DNA of 64,000 nt from Octopus bimaculoides (Eukaryota), in assembly GCF_001194135.2 (NCBI RefSeq), contig NC_068987.1, positions 99,351,744-99,415,743 of the forward strand. The letters are read 5' to 3'. The notes under the pieces were generated by a model that was not told where the DNA came from, ran no database searches, and saw only the letters and a program-made list of their open reading frames with translations. Within the stretch, counting starts at the first letter, position 1; every line of letters starts with the position of its first letter. The translations under genes were made by a program, and so were the position numbers. Below, piece after piece: positions 26,808 through 40,679 of this stretch.

Positions 26808-27516
26808 AAGGCCAGAGCAATGCGAAGTAAATGCAAGGTAAATCACAAGAAAACGAATATATGAATTAATGCAGATTTACTTTGCATTCACTATTTCGGG
26901 GTTATGACCCCATCCTCGGGAAATTAACGAATCCCTCAGATGCGCCTGTGTGTGAGTGTATGTGCAGCAAACATGCGCGGTAAGTTGTTGCTATAGCAAC
27001 CAGCTAGCTTCCTATTACTCTCTTCTATTGTTGATAGTTGGTTTCCTTTGGTGTATAATAATGGCCTCGGAGACTCTAAGGTTGCCCCTGTTGCGCTGCG
27101 TTTTCCCCGATGTGCCCTGTGAATTCCCTTGTCTGGCATTTTCGTATGCTTCTTCACGGAAGTGTCTGCCAGCATGTATTCTTTTATGCGATTATGCATT
27201 TTTCTTGTTGTGCTTCCTATGTAGGATGCGAATGCAGTTTTCTTGTGCTTTCTATTTTAGGAAACACTAGAAAGAAATTCATATACGTATAAAAGAACAT
27301 ATGAAGTTACAGGAAGCTAGCTGGTTGCTATAGAAACGACTTTCCGTACGTGTCTACTCCACACACACTCACACAAACGCACATCTGCAACATTCGTTAA
27401 TTTCCTGGGGATAGGATCATAACCCGAGAATATTGAATGCAAGGTAAGTCTTCATTAATTCATATATTTGTTTTCTTGTGATTTGTCTCGCATTTACTTC
27501 GCATTGTTATGGCCTT
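26808..27516. mobile_element. MITE-like foldback element with 206-bp terminal inverted repeats
   Basis: 26808-27013 is the reverse complement of 27311-27516 (aaggcc..caatgcgaagtaaatgc..aaatcacaagaaaac..ggaaattaacgaat..tatagcaaccagctagcttcct). About 80% identical by eye, equal length, with a 297-bp non-coding core. Confidence 0.85.
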
Positions 27517-27716
27517 AAACACGATCATTTATACAATATACATAAATACATACATATATACATACATACAATCATACATACATACATGTGTGCGTGTGAG
27601 TATGTTGGTGTGTGTGTATTGAGATATGTATATGCGTGTGTATATGTGTACGCATTTGCGCATATATACAGACGTATATGTGTGTGTCAATGTGCATGCG
27701 TGTATATGTCTATGTA

Positions 27717-27747
<31 letters not shown>

Positions 27748-28829
27748 ACATGCAAAGGTATGAGGTTTAAGAGACGTGTACGTATATTAGTCTATATATA
27801 TGCATATATGCACATATGCGTGCATGTGTGTATGTGTATAATATGGCCGTAAATGAGTCTGTATAGATGAGGTGCTGTCAATGCATGGTTGCAACTGCTG
27901 ATGGACGTAATGCACAGTAGAATTACGGCAGAAATTGTGAATTCTCGGGCTATATTTTAGATGGTTGCAAGAACGAGTGCGTGTAAATCAAATAAGTCGT
28001 ACTTCGCGTAATATGTGGAGTGCAACCTCTTTATTTTCTTGCATATTTAACACCAGTGCGATTAGTCGGAGTTTTTTCCGAATATTAACGCTTGGCTGAT
28101 CAGATGGACTTATTTCCCATGCTTTTTGGAAGTTTTTTGTTTCCCCGCTCTTGACATACACAGTAAAATGAGTTTATGTTGATCATTTCGTTTCTTGCAC
28201 AGTGGATAAATAAACGATGAATTCGTTTGAAAACGAAATAAAATGATTATATTTTATAATTATAAATTAAAATGAAATTATATAAACGCGTATATAATTC
28301 TTTATTTTAATGATATGATCCTATTTTAAAACAAATCGTTTTATATTTGGCTATCATTTTACTCTATCACAAACAAATGTATTTCAAAGTTTGGACAAAA
28401 ATATAGAATTGAATGCTTTGGATATAGCAATTGATAAAACTGCTTTCAGATTCCACATCTAGTCCATCAGTCATTGTATAAAATGTAAAGCTAGGATACT
28501 ACAAAGGATGAAGTCAGGATGGTATGATTGATCTCTTTAACATAAGAATTGGCGTTATTGTGTGCAACATATTTTCAGACTTTTAGTAAGCGAAGTAAAT
28601 AAAATATATAACTCATCTAAAACATAAATGCATCATAAACGCACTCACACGTAAATACACATGTACCTTTATATATATATATATATATATNNNNNNNNNN
28701 NNNNNNNNNNNNNNNNNNNNNNNNNNNNNNNNNNNNNNNNNNNNNNNNNNNNNNNNNNNNNNNNNNNNNNNNNNNNNNNNNNNNNNNNNNNNNNNNNNNN
28801 NNNNNNNNNNNNNNNNNNNNNNNNNNNNN

Positions 28830-28862
<33 letters not shown>

Positions 28863-29377
28863 GATGTTACGGCCTACGAATTTCGACAAGTGTATGAATC
28901 GATAAGATTGGACGGATAATCGGATCATGTACGCATTTACATGAATACGGAAACTAATATAAATAAATCGTATTCAAAGGTTGAGGCAAATAAACGTTTA
29001 GTCACACTTTAAGTGGAATTCCATTTTGTTTTCGTTGAAAAATAATTAGTAGTATATCAACTTTATCTTGGAGGGAAGTTTCAATGTTGTTAAAATCAAT
29101 ATTAAGAATTCATATGACGTATCCATGTTTTGCACATTCTACGTTTCCTACACTTATATTATACATTTAACATGGACACTAAATGCCATATGCGTAAAAT
29201 ATGCGTAGGAATGGATACTCTATGGAGAAACATGCTAATTTACACAGAAAAATGCATGAAGGGAATAAGTTCAGAAATTTCCCGTTATTACCCATTACAC
29301 AAATGCAGATATGAAAACATGAAATGTTCGCAAAAAGGTGCAATTTTACACGCTGGCCCGTGCACACGTAAGCATTC

Positions 29378-29411
<34 letters not shown>

Positions 29412-30239
29412 GTAAAAATAGATCAAGCACATACAAACACACACACAAACACATAGACATATACACACAAACACACAGACATGCACATACAAATACACAC
29501 ATATACACAATATTTATATATATTATAGTCGGGAATCCCTAACAGAAGTTCCAGGCATCTAGCGTGGCCGATTTCGGAGTATTTTCTGTTACCATCTATG
29601 AAATGAGACTTCGCATGTAAAGCAATGTATTCACCTACATCTCATAATGTAGCTTATATATATACACAGAATATAGTTTTATTGAAAGTTTTAATATTTT
29701 TTTTCTATGGACATGACCATGAGAAACTTAAACTAGGTGTTCCCACCATCGATGTCATGTTGTGATCAGATGGTTACAACGCACAGGCACTTTGTAACTA
29801 TAGAGATATATTGAACATGTCTTGAAGTGAAGAAAAGAAAAGGAAATGTAAAATGTATAAAATTTCTTAAGAATTTCATCTAATTTAATGACGCTTGCCA
29901 TGTCACGCTCACATGGAGATGAAATTCAGATTTCTTGTAACAACAAAAGTTTGTGTTTATTGTGCGCACCACTGCCCCAAAAGAAAATGAAAAGAAAAGG
30001 AGATTGGCTGGAACAGTACGTCATAAAGGCATACAGAAGGAGTACATTCAAGACGACAGAGAAAAGGTGAGAGACGTTGAAATGACTGAGAGGGAGAGAG
30101 GGGATGCACGCGAGAATAGCAGAATTACTGGGGAAAATTTTCTGATCGAAGCAATTCCCCTGTCCATAAAGGCAATACGCATAGACATTGGATTGTATTT
30201 GGTGTAGTAACTTTACGCGGAATTATTCACAAAGATCCG

Positions 30240-30430
30240 AACATATGCAAAATCCATGATCTTCAAATCTGTACCCCACGCTCCCTGTGATTTTTGTCTA
30301 TTTTTCAAGCTGAAGGAGAACCAAAGAACCAGTCACTTTAAAGATAAAAGAGGCTATAAATTGGGTCCCGTACCCCTTTCATTTCGAGGACATTCCATGA
30401 AGCCCCCTCGTTTTGGATGGAGCATAACAA
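30240..30430 (+). mobile_element. mariner transposase C-terminal remnant
   Basis: SVPHAPCDFCLFFKLKENQR resembles YSPDLAPCDFxLFPKLKExL. Confidence 0.6.
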
Positions 30431-30667
30431 CAAATGCATTTAAATCAGGGTCCGACGGTGAAGGAAATTACAGTTTTGTACTTTCAAAAATTAGTATCTC
30501 TCCTGAAAATGTCTGGAAACTTCTGGTGTACACCCTGGATATTAGATATTGGTTTACGTGTTTATACACACGTTTACACAGACAGACAGACACAGAGACA
30601 CACAGACACGCACACAGATACACTCAAATATATATGTATATATATATATAGACATAGACATGCACAC

Positions 30668-30727
<60 letters not shown>

Positions 30728-31836
30728 GCGTGTGTAAACATTTATATCTTCCATTAAAATGTTATATTTCCATGTTTAATGATGAAAACATTAAATCGAT
30801 AAGAATGTTTACACAATTGCTTAAATATATCTGTAAACCGAACGAGGAATAGCCGCATACATACATAAATATATTTCACAAATGTATTGTGAATGTCTCT
30901 AATTTTAACATCAATTACATAATTAAATATAAGACGTTTTCTCTTCCATTAGAAACTTTATATAATCTTTAAAGATTTTCAAATAATATTTTACTCTAGA
31001 GAATATGTACAGCATTAAATTTTCTACTGGATTATTCGGTGTAAAAATCAACTCAAAGACAATATATAGACAGGTGATGTAATTACAGTGTAAAAACAAT
31101 TATCAAGTAATGAAATTATATATGTACTATCGTAAATTGTTTTGTCTGTAAGAATATTGATTTCTGCGCGTATGGGCGGCCTTTTTATTACAGAAAGATA
31201 GTAGATGATTTTATTGGGTAAACTTTATGATACGGGCTATGGAAAACATTACAGTATCCCCACGTATGATTATATGCCAATTTGCCAATCCCTACCGTGG
31301 CAGAAGTAATTATCACAATTACTGCTGGAAACTTGCTGGCTTTGGCTATAAGAAAATAGATCAAGATAGGTTAATAATGATTTTATTCCACATACTCCCT
31401 TCTCAGAATTACACACTTATTGCAGCAGTGTTTCAGTTTTTGCAAGCCCTGTAACAGAACTCGGAAGGCTGGGACCCCAGAAAAGGCCTTACGCCATATC
31501 CTTGAAGCCACGAACCTTTCAGCACTTTCTTGCAGTATTTTGATTTGTTTCCGTAAAGTCTAAGTTCAATTAAATTTTATAATGAAAAATATATCCATAA
31601 TTTAGAGAGGAACCACCAAGATGCAATTCAAACAATGAAGGAGACCAGACACAAACTTGTTCGATTTATTGTAACGTGTCCAAATCTTTTCCACATTTAT
31701 GCACACACACACACACATACACACACGCAAAGACAATAACCTACACCCTGTATATATATTATATGATGTTTGTGTGTGTATCTTTGTCTGTGTGTCTGTA
31801 CGTCTATACTGCTGTTATTTTTATATTATTGATATT

Positions 31837-32211
31837 GTGTTGGCACTCCGTCGCTTACGACGTCGGGGGTTTCAGTTGATCCGATCAACGTAACAACCTG
31901 CTCGTTAAATTAACATGTAAGTGGCTGAGCACTCCACAGACACGTGTACCCTGGACGTAGTTCTCGGGGATATTCAGCGTGACACAGAGTGACAAGCCTG
32001 AATTACAGGCACAACAGAAACAGGAAGTAAGAATGAGAGAAAGTCGTGATGAAAGAGTACTGCAGAGTTCGCCACCATCCCCTGCCGGAGATTGGTGAAG
32101 CTTTTGGTGTTTTCGCTCAATAAACACACACAACGCCCGGTCTGGGAATCGAAACTGCGATCCTATGACCGCGAATCCGCTGCCCTAACCACTGGGTTAT
32201 TGTGCCTCCAC
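31837..32211 (-). mobile_element. tRNA-derived SINE (third family), near full length, with TSD
   Basis: Minus-strand head tggaggcacaataacccagtggttagggcagcggattcgcggtcataggatcgcagtttcgattcccag (A and B boxes). Direct repeat attattgatatt at 31825-31836 and 32212-32223. Confidence 0.9.
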
Positions 32212-32321
32212 ATTATTGATATTATTGCACTTATTATTTTGTTAACATACTTTGTATCATAATCATCATCTATATTATTATATCATATTTTATGATATAT
32301 CTATCTACCTATCTATCAACC

Positions 32322-32360
<39 letters not shown>

Positions 32361-32625
32361 NNNNNNNNNNNNNNNNNNNNNNNNNNNNNNNNNNNNNNNN
32401 NNNNNNNNNNNNNNNNNNNNNNNNNNNNNNNNNNNNNNNNNNNNNNNNNNNNNNNNNNNNNNNNNNNNNNNNNNNNNNNNNNNNNNNNNNNNNNNNNNNN
32501 NNNNNNNNNNNNNNNNNNNNNNNNNNNNNNNNNNNNNNNNNNNNNNNNNNNNNNNNNNNNNNNNNNNNNNNNNNNNNNNNNNNNNNNNNNNNNNNNNNNN
32601 NNNNNNNNNNNNNNNNNNNNNNNNN

Positions 32626-32667
<42 letters not shown>

Positions 32668-34463
32668 GCACATAGATAATTATATTGATAAATAGATAGA
32701 TATACAACTATATCCATATATATACACACATATGTGCAGGCATAGGCACACATACATGCAGGCGCATACACAGATAAACTCATTCACACATAGACAGAAA
32801 ATGCAAGTGCATATATACATGCGTATAAAGAGACACGTACCCACGTGCGCAACATGTAGATGCAAATACATCTATACATGTATATATATATACAGTAGTA
32901 ATACATACAAACTGTAGGAGCAGATTTCATGAGGGCCAAATACATAAGGCAAACAATGCACTAACGATGTAGTGGTATGAGATGACTTCAAGCATGATTG
33001 TCAAAAATATTATGAAAATAAAGATTGAAATGCGGTCATAGAAAATAGAGAAAACTATGTTGTAAATATAGAGTAGAGTAGATAAAAATAAGTCATAATT
33101 AAACCCTTTCATTAATTGAAGATTGTATTTTAGGTCTCACCGTTTTCTCTCATATAATTCTAAGAAGCAAGTTTGAATTTATTTTTTCGACATGTTCATC
33201 GTGTTTGTTAGGGACGTTTTTACCACCACCGAATGGAATTTTAAGGTTTTTCCAAAGGCAGCGCTTACAAAACCTCACAGTACCACACAGGGTTGGGCAT
33301 GCTTTACCAAGAATGGAACATTTGATCTCATGGTAGATGTTCTAGTATTAAATTAAATGAATTTCTTCAGAGAGCAATATGTTCGCTTTAAGTAATTTTT
33401 TTTTTGCTAAAGGAGTGTGTGAGGGTTGATATTCGAAGTTTCAGTGAGTTACTGTTACCTCACTGTAGGGTTTAGTGATGGATTCTGTTACTAGGCACTA
33501 GAATGGAGAAAATCGATACCTATATACATAATCAACTGTATAGCGAGATGGATGAAGAGTTATACGAGGCTTATATTGAGGATTATGTATATAACACATT
33601 TTACAAAAGAAAAAAAAAACGTCTTTATGACTATATTTGAATCCTATGCATTAAAGGAAAAAAGTGCAATGCTATTTATCATTCTATTTTATTAGAAAGA
33701 GTGACCGTCAGTGTGACTCCTGTTGAAGATTTTAAGCATCAGCTACATAATATAACCCACCTTATCCTGCTAAACACGCTCAGTCTATTCGCATGCGTGT
33801 CTATGTATGTATGTATGTATGTATGTATGTATGTGTGTATACTTACACGCAACACACACACACACATATATATATGTGTATAAATATATGCTTACATATA
33901 TATATATANNNNNNNNNNNNNNNNNNNNNNNNNNNNNNNNNNNNNNNNNNNNNNNNNNNNNNNNNNNNNNNNNNNNNNNNNNNNNNNNNNNNNNNNNNNN
34001 NNNNNNNNNNNNNNNNNNNNNNNNNNNNNNNNNNNNNNNNNNNNNNNNNNNNNNNNNNNNNNNNNNNNNNNNNNNNNNNNNNNNNNNNNNNNNNNNNNNN
34101 NNNNNNNNNNNNNNNNNNNNNNNNNNNNNNNNNNNNNNNNNNNNNNNNNNNNNNNNNNNNNNNNNNNNNNNNNNNNNNNNNNNNNNNNNNNNNNNNNNNN
34201 NNNNNNNNNNNNNNNNNNNNNNNNNNNNNNNNNNNNNNNNNNNNNNNNNNNNNNNNNNNNNNNNNNNNNNNNNNNNNNNNNNNNNNNNNNNNNNNNNNNN
34301 NNNNNNNNNNNNNNNNNNNNNNNNNNNNNNNNNNNNNNNNNNNNNNNNNNNNNNNNNNNNNNNNNNNNNNNNNNNNNNNNNNNNNNNNNNNNNNNNNNAT
34401 ATATATATATACAGAGAGGGAGAGAGAGTTGGGTTAGAGAGAGAGACTGACTGAGTGAGAGAG

Positions 34464-34503
<40 letters not shown>

Positions 34504-35244
34504 AGTGAAATTTACATTGATATAAACATATGTATATGTATGCGCTCGCTTGTGCATTTATATGCAAAGCATACTTACATATATGGTTGTATTTATTGTA
34601 TGTAGAGATATCTTTGTATCGCTCACTTTTTGCATGTAAAGTAGTTGATGTATTGCTCATTGAATGAGTAGGCGTAAAATTCTATGCATGTCACTCCTAT
34701 AGAAAACATTCTAAAATGCATATCAAAGATGACATAAAACTGTCTTCAGCTTTGCCATTAATGCATGTTTTATAGAGTTATGCTTGCAATTGAAATAAAG
34801 TAAAAATTCCCGGAAAAAAATTGACATAAAACCTACTAAAATGTACGTAAAACGTGATTGAAAAAATATATAAAACGAATATAAAAATATACATTCAAGC
34901 AGAAGATTGAATATAAACAACAATTGTAATGGCAACAACGACAACAATATGAGCATCCGGAATGAGAAATAGCAGTAAGGAAACACAAAAAATAAACATA
35001 ACTAAAAATGGGAAGAAAGCAAAGCTAAAACGACATCATTGGTAGAAATGCAGTCAAACATATGCACATTCATATACATTATAAACGAGTACAGAGTGAC
35101 ACAGCGAGGCTGGAAAGAAAACGCACTCATATTCACAGGCTATGTCGTACACACTCTTACAACTAGAAGTACAGGTAAAAATTACATTGGCATTTATTCA
35201 CACACACACGCTCACACACATCCACATATTTGTATATATATATA

Positions 35245-35283
<39 letters not shown>

Positions 35284-36435
35284 AAATACATACTCATATA
35301 CATACATATATGTCTGTATGTGTGTATAAATGCATTTTTGCTTACGTTTATATGTTCGTAGAGAATTATAATTGAGTAACAGAAATAAATTCACGTAGAT
35401 AACTTGAAAGAAAAAGTATAGAAGTATATATATTTAGATGCATTCTGATATGAAAATATTTTGAAATGGACCAATACTTATGCATGCGTTTATATTTACA
35501 CATACTATCTTGATATAGCATGCATGACAATATTTATATTTGGACGGCGAGTGAAAACAAATATTCTCTCTTTAATTAAACATAGATTATTCTTCGTTCG
35601 AGTAGCAGACTAACGAATAGTGTAGTACAGTAGAAAAAATCTTAAAGCAGCAATGGTAAAATATCTTTAAAGTAGTTAAAATCATTGCATGAATAGATAC
35701 TACTTTCATTCTTTTAGGTGATAATTTAATTAAATATGTATAAATACTAACAAGAAGTTGCTCTATCATTAGATAATGCATATTGAAAAAGAAGTATTAA
35801 TCAGTGTTTTCCTTTATGACTGGAATTACAGTATACAGAAGATTGAGAAGGAATATAAATACCTTACTTTTACTCAGAACGTAAGGATTGACGAAATGCC
35901 ACTATGCGTCTTGGCCGCTGTACTAAGTATTCTGCGAGGTCGTCTTACCAGCTTCAATACATTAGCATAATAGGTTTTCCTGTATAGCCTTAGCAAAACG
36001 TACTTAGAAAGAAAATGTAGAATAGCATCTGTGAAAACTGAAGATAATTGTGCAGATTTAAATCAATTTGCAAATGTAAAGTGATTTGCAACTAAAATAA
36101 TGAGATAACAAAAAACGTTTCAAATAATGAACATTCACGAAGATATTCAAAAACATTAAGTCTCTTAAACCTCGGAGAAACACAATTAAAAGGGTATTCG
36201 TGATCATTAAAGTATACTACAGAACATTTCAATTCTACGCCAATATAAAAGATTTTCACAGGAGCACTGCACACCACACTGATGCATCTGCTAACGAACT
36301 GGCTAGGCGGTAACATATAAAATGAAACAATAACACGAACAATACTGAACAATAACAATAATAACAATCAAAAAAGGACCGAACAAGTGCGTGAGTTTAT
36401 TATTACCGATATAATGCGCCTCCCATGGTTCAACA

Positions 36436-36559
<124 letters not shown>

Positions 36560-37883
36560 GTGTGCGTGTGGGTATGTGTGTGTGTGTGTGTATTAAATAT
36601 ATTTTATATTAAACGTCATATATTTGTTTCTAATAAGTTTCTCGGGTTGTTTCTCTTCTTCGCTTTAGTACGAACTGGAATGTTTTATGGTGGAATGATT
36701 TAATTAACGCTTCAAATAGGTGTGGGCTGATGTATATATCATTAATTCATAGTAGTTTGTGTGTATGATAGTGTTGCTGACGATCCTGTTTGTTTGTTTT
36801 TTTCTGTTTTCAGGAGCTGTACTGTAGTTGATGTTTGTATAGGTTGTGTGAGATGACAGAAACATGTACCCCAGACTTGAAACATCTCACTCAAGATGGT
36901 TCATGATGTCATTTGATAGTGTTGTTGCCTACACAGGCTGGTGGCATCTGGTAGCTCTGGTGGCTCGATGGAAGTGGCCGAAACACTTATAGGTGTGTTA
37001 CTTTGTGATGAGTCATATTTGCCTGCATTCGGAGTCGAAGTGGAGCAACACTCTCAGCGCAAGGACGTTTCCTCTAAAATATACATTTACACGCATTCAT
37101 TCATGCGCTGCGCAGTTAATGTATGGTTGGCTTCTGTGTAAATCCATGTGCAACATCTTGCACTTCTAATAAAATTCACGGCTCTTATTTTTATCCAAGA
37201 TCGGAAGAATACGAAGTGTCAAGTGTTCATTTACATCTTGTAAGCCATTACAAACAACACAAGAGATCATATTTTGTTAGAAATCAGAATAATTGTACTA
37301 TATTAAGATAACGTTAATATTTTCTGGGAAAGGAAATAATCCTATTTAGAGTTCCACTACTGGAGTGTTCACCAACTTTCTCCATCTTCTGCTAGTAACT
37401 GGAAGATATTTCACTGACCTTACCTGACATATTTCTAAAGTCACATTTGTTACTGTAGTGCTTCATATAATATATCTAAACTGAAAAGTAACAGTTTTGC
37501 CTGGAGTGGGTCTGGCTCGTGTACAATATCGTGTTTGACGTAGAAAGAAACAAATTTAGTATCTCAATTCACATGTCAATTAACCAACATAGACACGATC
37601 GTTCACGTACCTTGAATAGCAACTAAATACCACTTAACAAGTGTGTATTCATATAATATTAGGATTGATTGTATAGAAAATATAGTCTTGGTAAGACTAA
37701 AGCAAAGATAAAATATGAATTGTCTACTCAGTTTAAGGGTACACCTGCGTCTAGAAAATACCATTTATCACTTATCATTAGCAAAACATTATTCATGAAT
37801 AATCAAATTCACACATACGCTCATACGTTATACCTATGTATGCATAAAAACATAATATAATGTATGCGTGTATATATAAACAT

Positions 37884-37966
<83 letters not shown>

Positions 37967-38145
37967 AGCGTGTATGTATACATTCAAATGTATTTGTCCC
38001 TATATACAGATACATATACAAATACAAACATTTGCATATGCATACGCACACACCACACACACTTGGACGTACATACATACATATACATACATATATACAT
38101 ACATCTAACCCTGTATACGTGTGTATGGATATGAGTGTATGTTTA

Positions 38146-38189
<44 letters not shown>

Positions 38190-38194
<5 letters not shown>

Positions 38195-39178
38195 CATTAT
38201 TCAGTCTGTTTCAAAATTTCTTGCAAATAGAGAAAGAACAGGTTTCTAAACTAGATTCAACGCTCTTTCATTGGCATTTCAACATCAGCAACACGGTATT
38301 TTTGTTTGTTTGTATGTATGTATGTATGTATGTATATATGGGTGCATGTATGTATGCATGTTTGTATGTTCAGATTTGCATGTTTTATGTATGTATGTAT
38401 TCTCATGCATATAGTTGCATATCTAATCATGCTGATGTATATATAAATGATAAACTTCTGGAAGGTTTTACAGATTTTTACAGTTCCAGTGATGGATTGG
38501 ATCTGTAGTCTTCAAATTAGCTTTCTCCTTTCTGGTTTTGAGATGCGTAATTTCTCAATATTGGTATTTAGGCAGCGTGTTACATATCCCAGGGCCCTAA
38601 TAAGTACAGCTATAAACCTGAACTTGTAGTTTGAAAATAATAACTGCAGACGTCTCAATAGTTCAGCGCAAGTGTTCGCTTTTTCAATGATCTTCAGCTT
38701 TGTCAACTTCTGCAAGGCAGTTAATTTCTACAAACTGTGCACAGTTTCTCTTCTCTATACCAAATCATTATATCAGGTCTGTTGTGCTTACATTTTACCG
38801 CCAGTATTCCTTTTCATTATGAGAGTCAATGGAGTCTAGCATATTGTGGGTACTTATTTCTTTGTCCTTGGGATTATCCTTCCCACGGATTTCATTATAG
38901 AATGTCCTAGCTACAACATCATGTCCCATCGGTAATTAATACCGTCATGACATTTTCAGACAACTGCTTATGATGTGAGTGATATCTCCAGTGTGAAATC
39001 CACAAATTTTGCATCGGTTGTCACATTTTACGGTTTTTCCTGCATGCCTATCCATTTTGTTCATCAGGTACTTGGTTGATATTTCCTTTTCCTGGATTGC
39101 AATCGCATACCCTACAAAGTGGAAAGTAGTAATCCAGCTTTTGGACCATGATAAACTGCTTTCATGGTTGATGCTACG
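38190..39178 (-). mobile_element. 3' part of the (CATA)n-associated REL-LINE lineage
   Basis: FVGYAIAIQEKEISTKYL..CDNRCKICGFHTGDITHIISSCLKMS (CCHC) and KHNRPDIMIW..LLRRLQ..IRALGYV..KICKTF (REL). Same 3' terminus as 25670. Confidence 0.9.
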
Positions 39179-39310
39179 TATGTATGTACGCATGTATGCA
39201 TGTATGCGTGTATGTATGTATGTATGTATGGAAGGAAGGATGGATGGATGGATGGATGGATGGATGGACTGACGGACGGACAGACGGTTGGATAGATGGA
39301 TGGATATATA
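39178..39310. repeat. Compound (ATGT)n(GGAA)(GGAT)n(GGAC)n tetranucleotide repeat
   Basis: Directly visible at the 5' junction of the LINE at 38190-39178. Confidence 0.9.
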
Positions 39311-39482
39311 GATGTTTGTAAGTGTCCGTGTGAGTTTTTGTCATCAGCATGAATGCAACTCCCGTCAGTAACACAAAGTATGAAGTATGCCAGAATGTCT
39401 ATTTCAAAGAAAAAAACCAGGTGTATTTTAAACGTTCAATGAAATGAAATTCAATTTAGCTCAACAAGGATAGCCCCGAAAA

Positions 39483-39646
39483 CTGGATTACTACTTTCCA
39501 CTTTGTAGAGTATACGTTTGCAATCCAGGAACAGGAAATATCAACTAAGTACCTGATGAACAAAATGGATAGAGATGCAGGAAAAGCTGTAAAATATGAC
39601 AACCGATGCAGACTTTGTGCAGTTCACGCTGAAGATATCACCCACA
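39483..39646 (+). mobile_element. Short fragment of the same REL-LINE lineage, inverted relative to 38974-39137
   Basis: WITTFHFVEYTFAIQEQEISTKYLMNKMDRDAGKAVKYDNRCRLCAVHAEDITH. About 17 mismatches in 164 bp versus the minus-strand copy (hand count). Confidence 0.92.
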
Positions 39647-39859
39647 ATAGAATTAAAAACACAACAACAACAATACACACATACTGTCACTAACATCTAA
39701 ACATCAGCATATATTAATGTTTAAGCAAACACATGTTGTGCATTTGCGTGTTTGTGTGGATGAATGAACGTGTTTGAGTGTGCGTTATGAGTGTATTTGC
39801 ATATGTGCTTGTGTATTTATATCTGCATCAGCAGCGCACATGGTGAATTGTCTATAAAA

Positions 39860-40545
39860 TCAGATGAACTTCCTTTTAGAAAATGTGCCTAGCTTTTAAA
39901 TTAGATGACAACTATGATAATGTGCAAGTAGAATATCTCCAAAAATACAACTTCTCTCCTGCAGCCAGTGGATCAATGTGTCATAGGTAACTCTGTGGCA
40001 TATGAAACCAATGGACAGAGAAGATAATCGAGTTTTCTGAAAGAAATTCCACATTATAAATGCTGTAGACAATACAACTGAGTCATCGGGTGAAACGTAA
40101 CCTACAAGTTTGATTAGTGCTTTGACAAGTATATGCTCAGACTATATCCGTGACATTAAAAGTTTTCCTTAAGCACAATTTCAGCATCAAATTCGGAGAA
40201 GGTTATTGTGAAACTTGGAATGGGTGTAGTATTTGTACAAGTCATAGAGGATAATATAATTGAGTTGCTAATGTTCCGGAGAGAAGGTTAATCTTACGAG
40301 GAGATAATACTTGAAATGAAAGAGCTGAGGATAAAGATAGGACATCAAAAGTTCCGCCTACTTCATATGAATTGGCTACAAAAATTATTGCTAAAAGGTT
40401 GACACTCCTAGAATAAGGTCTGCAGGATTTTGCTGATATTGATCGTAATCGTGAATGTTACACAAAAATTGCAAAGTGTTTTACAATGAGCTGAGCTCCT
40501 ATTCTGAGCTGTACAAAGAGATGAAGCGTCATAAACAACAATGAC
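39860..40545 (+). mobile_element. Tigger/pogo-type transposase relic (DDE C-terminal half and C-terminal tail)
   Basis: KNTTSLLQPVDQCVI (~PPNTTSLLQPMDQGVI), F*KKFHIINAVDN, and ELATKII..GLQDFADIDRNRE..YSELYKEMKR. Frameshifted. Confidence 0.78.
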
Positions 40546-40679
40546 CTAGAGATTAGTGGTTCACCCGTCATGCTGATATTCATGATAATGAGCTATAGAT
40601 AATAAATATTGGCCATCATCCTCCTAATAATGCTCATTCCACCATCCCTCACGCAATAAACAATATCATGTGTGGAAAG

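Noticed and set aside
29888-30066. Open frames ending at an AAG|gtgaga donor
   Set aside because: No convincing acceptor, purine-rich low-complexity sequence, and two alternative frames that are equally open.
36990-37075. A-to-I editing of a UGA codon to extend the minus-strand S/T/P-rich frame
   Set aside because: There is no evidence of transcription or homology, and a second stop follows. Purely speculative.
37424-37700. Minus-strand donors (AAG|gtacgt, CAG|gtaagg) suggesting an antisense gene
   Set aside because: The best acceptor for the second donor gives stops in all frames, and no coherent multi-exon frame could be assembled.
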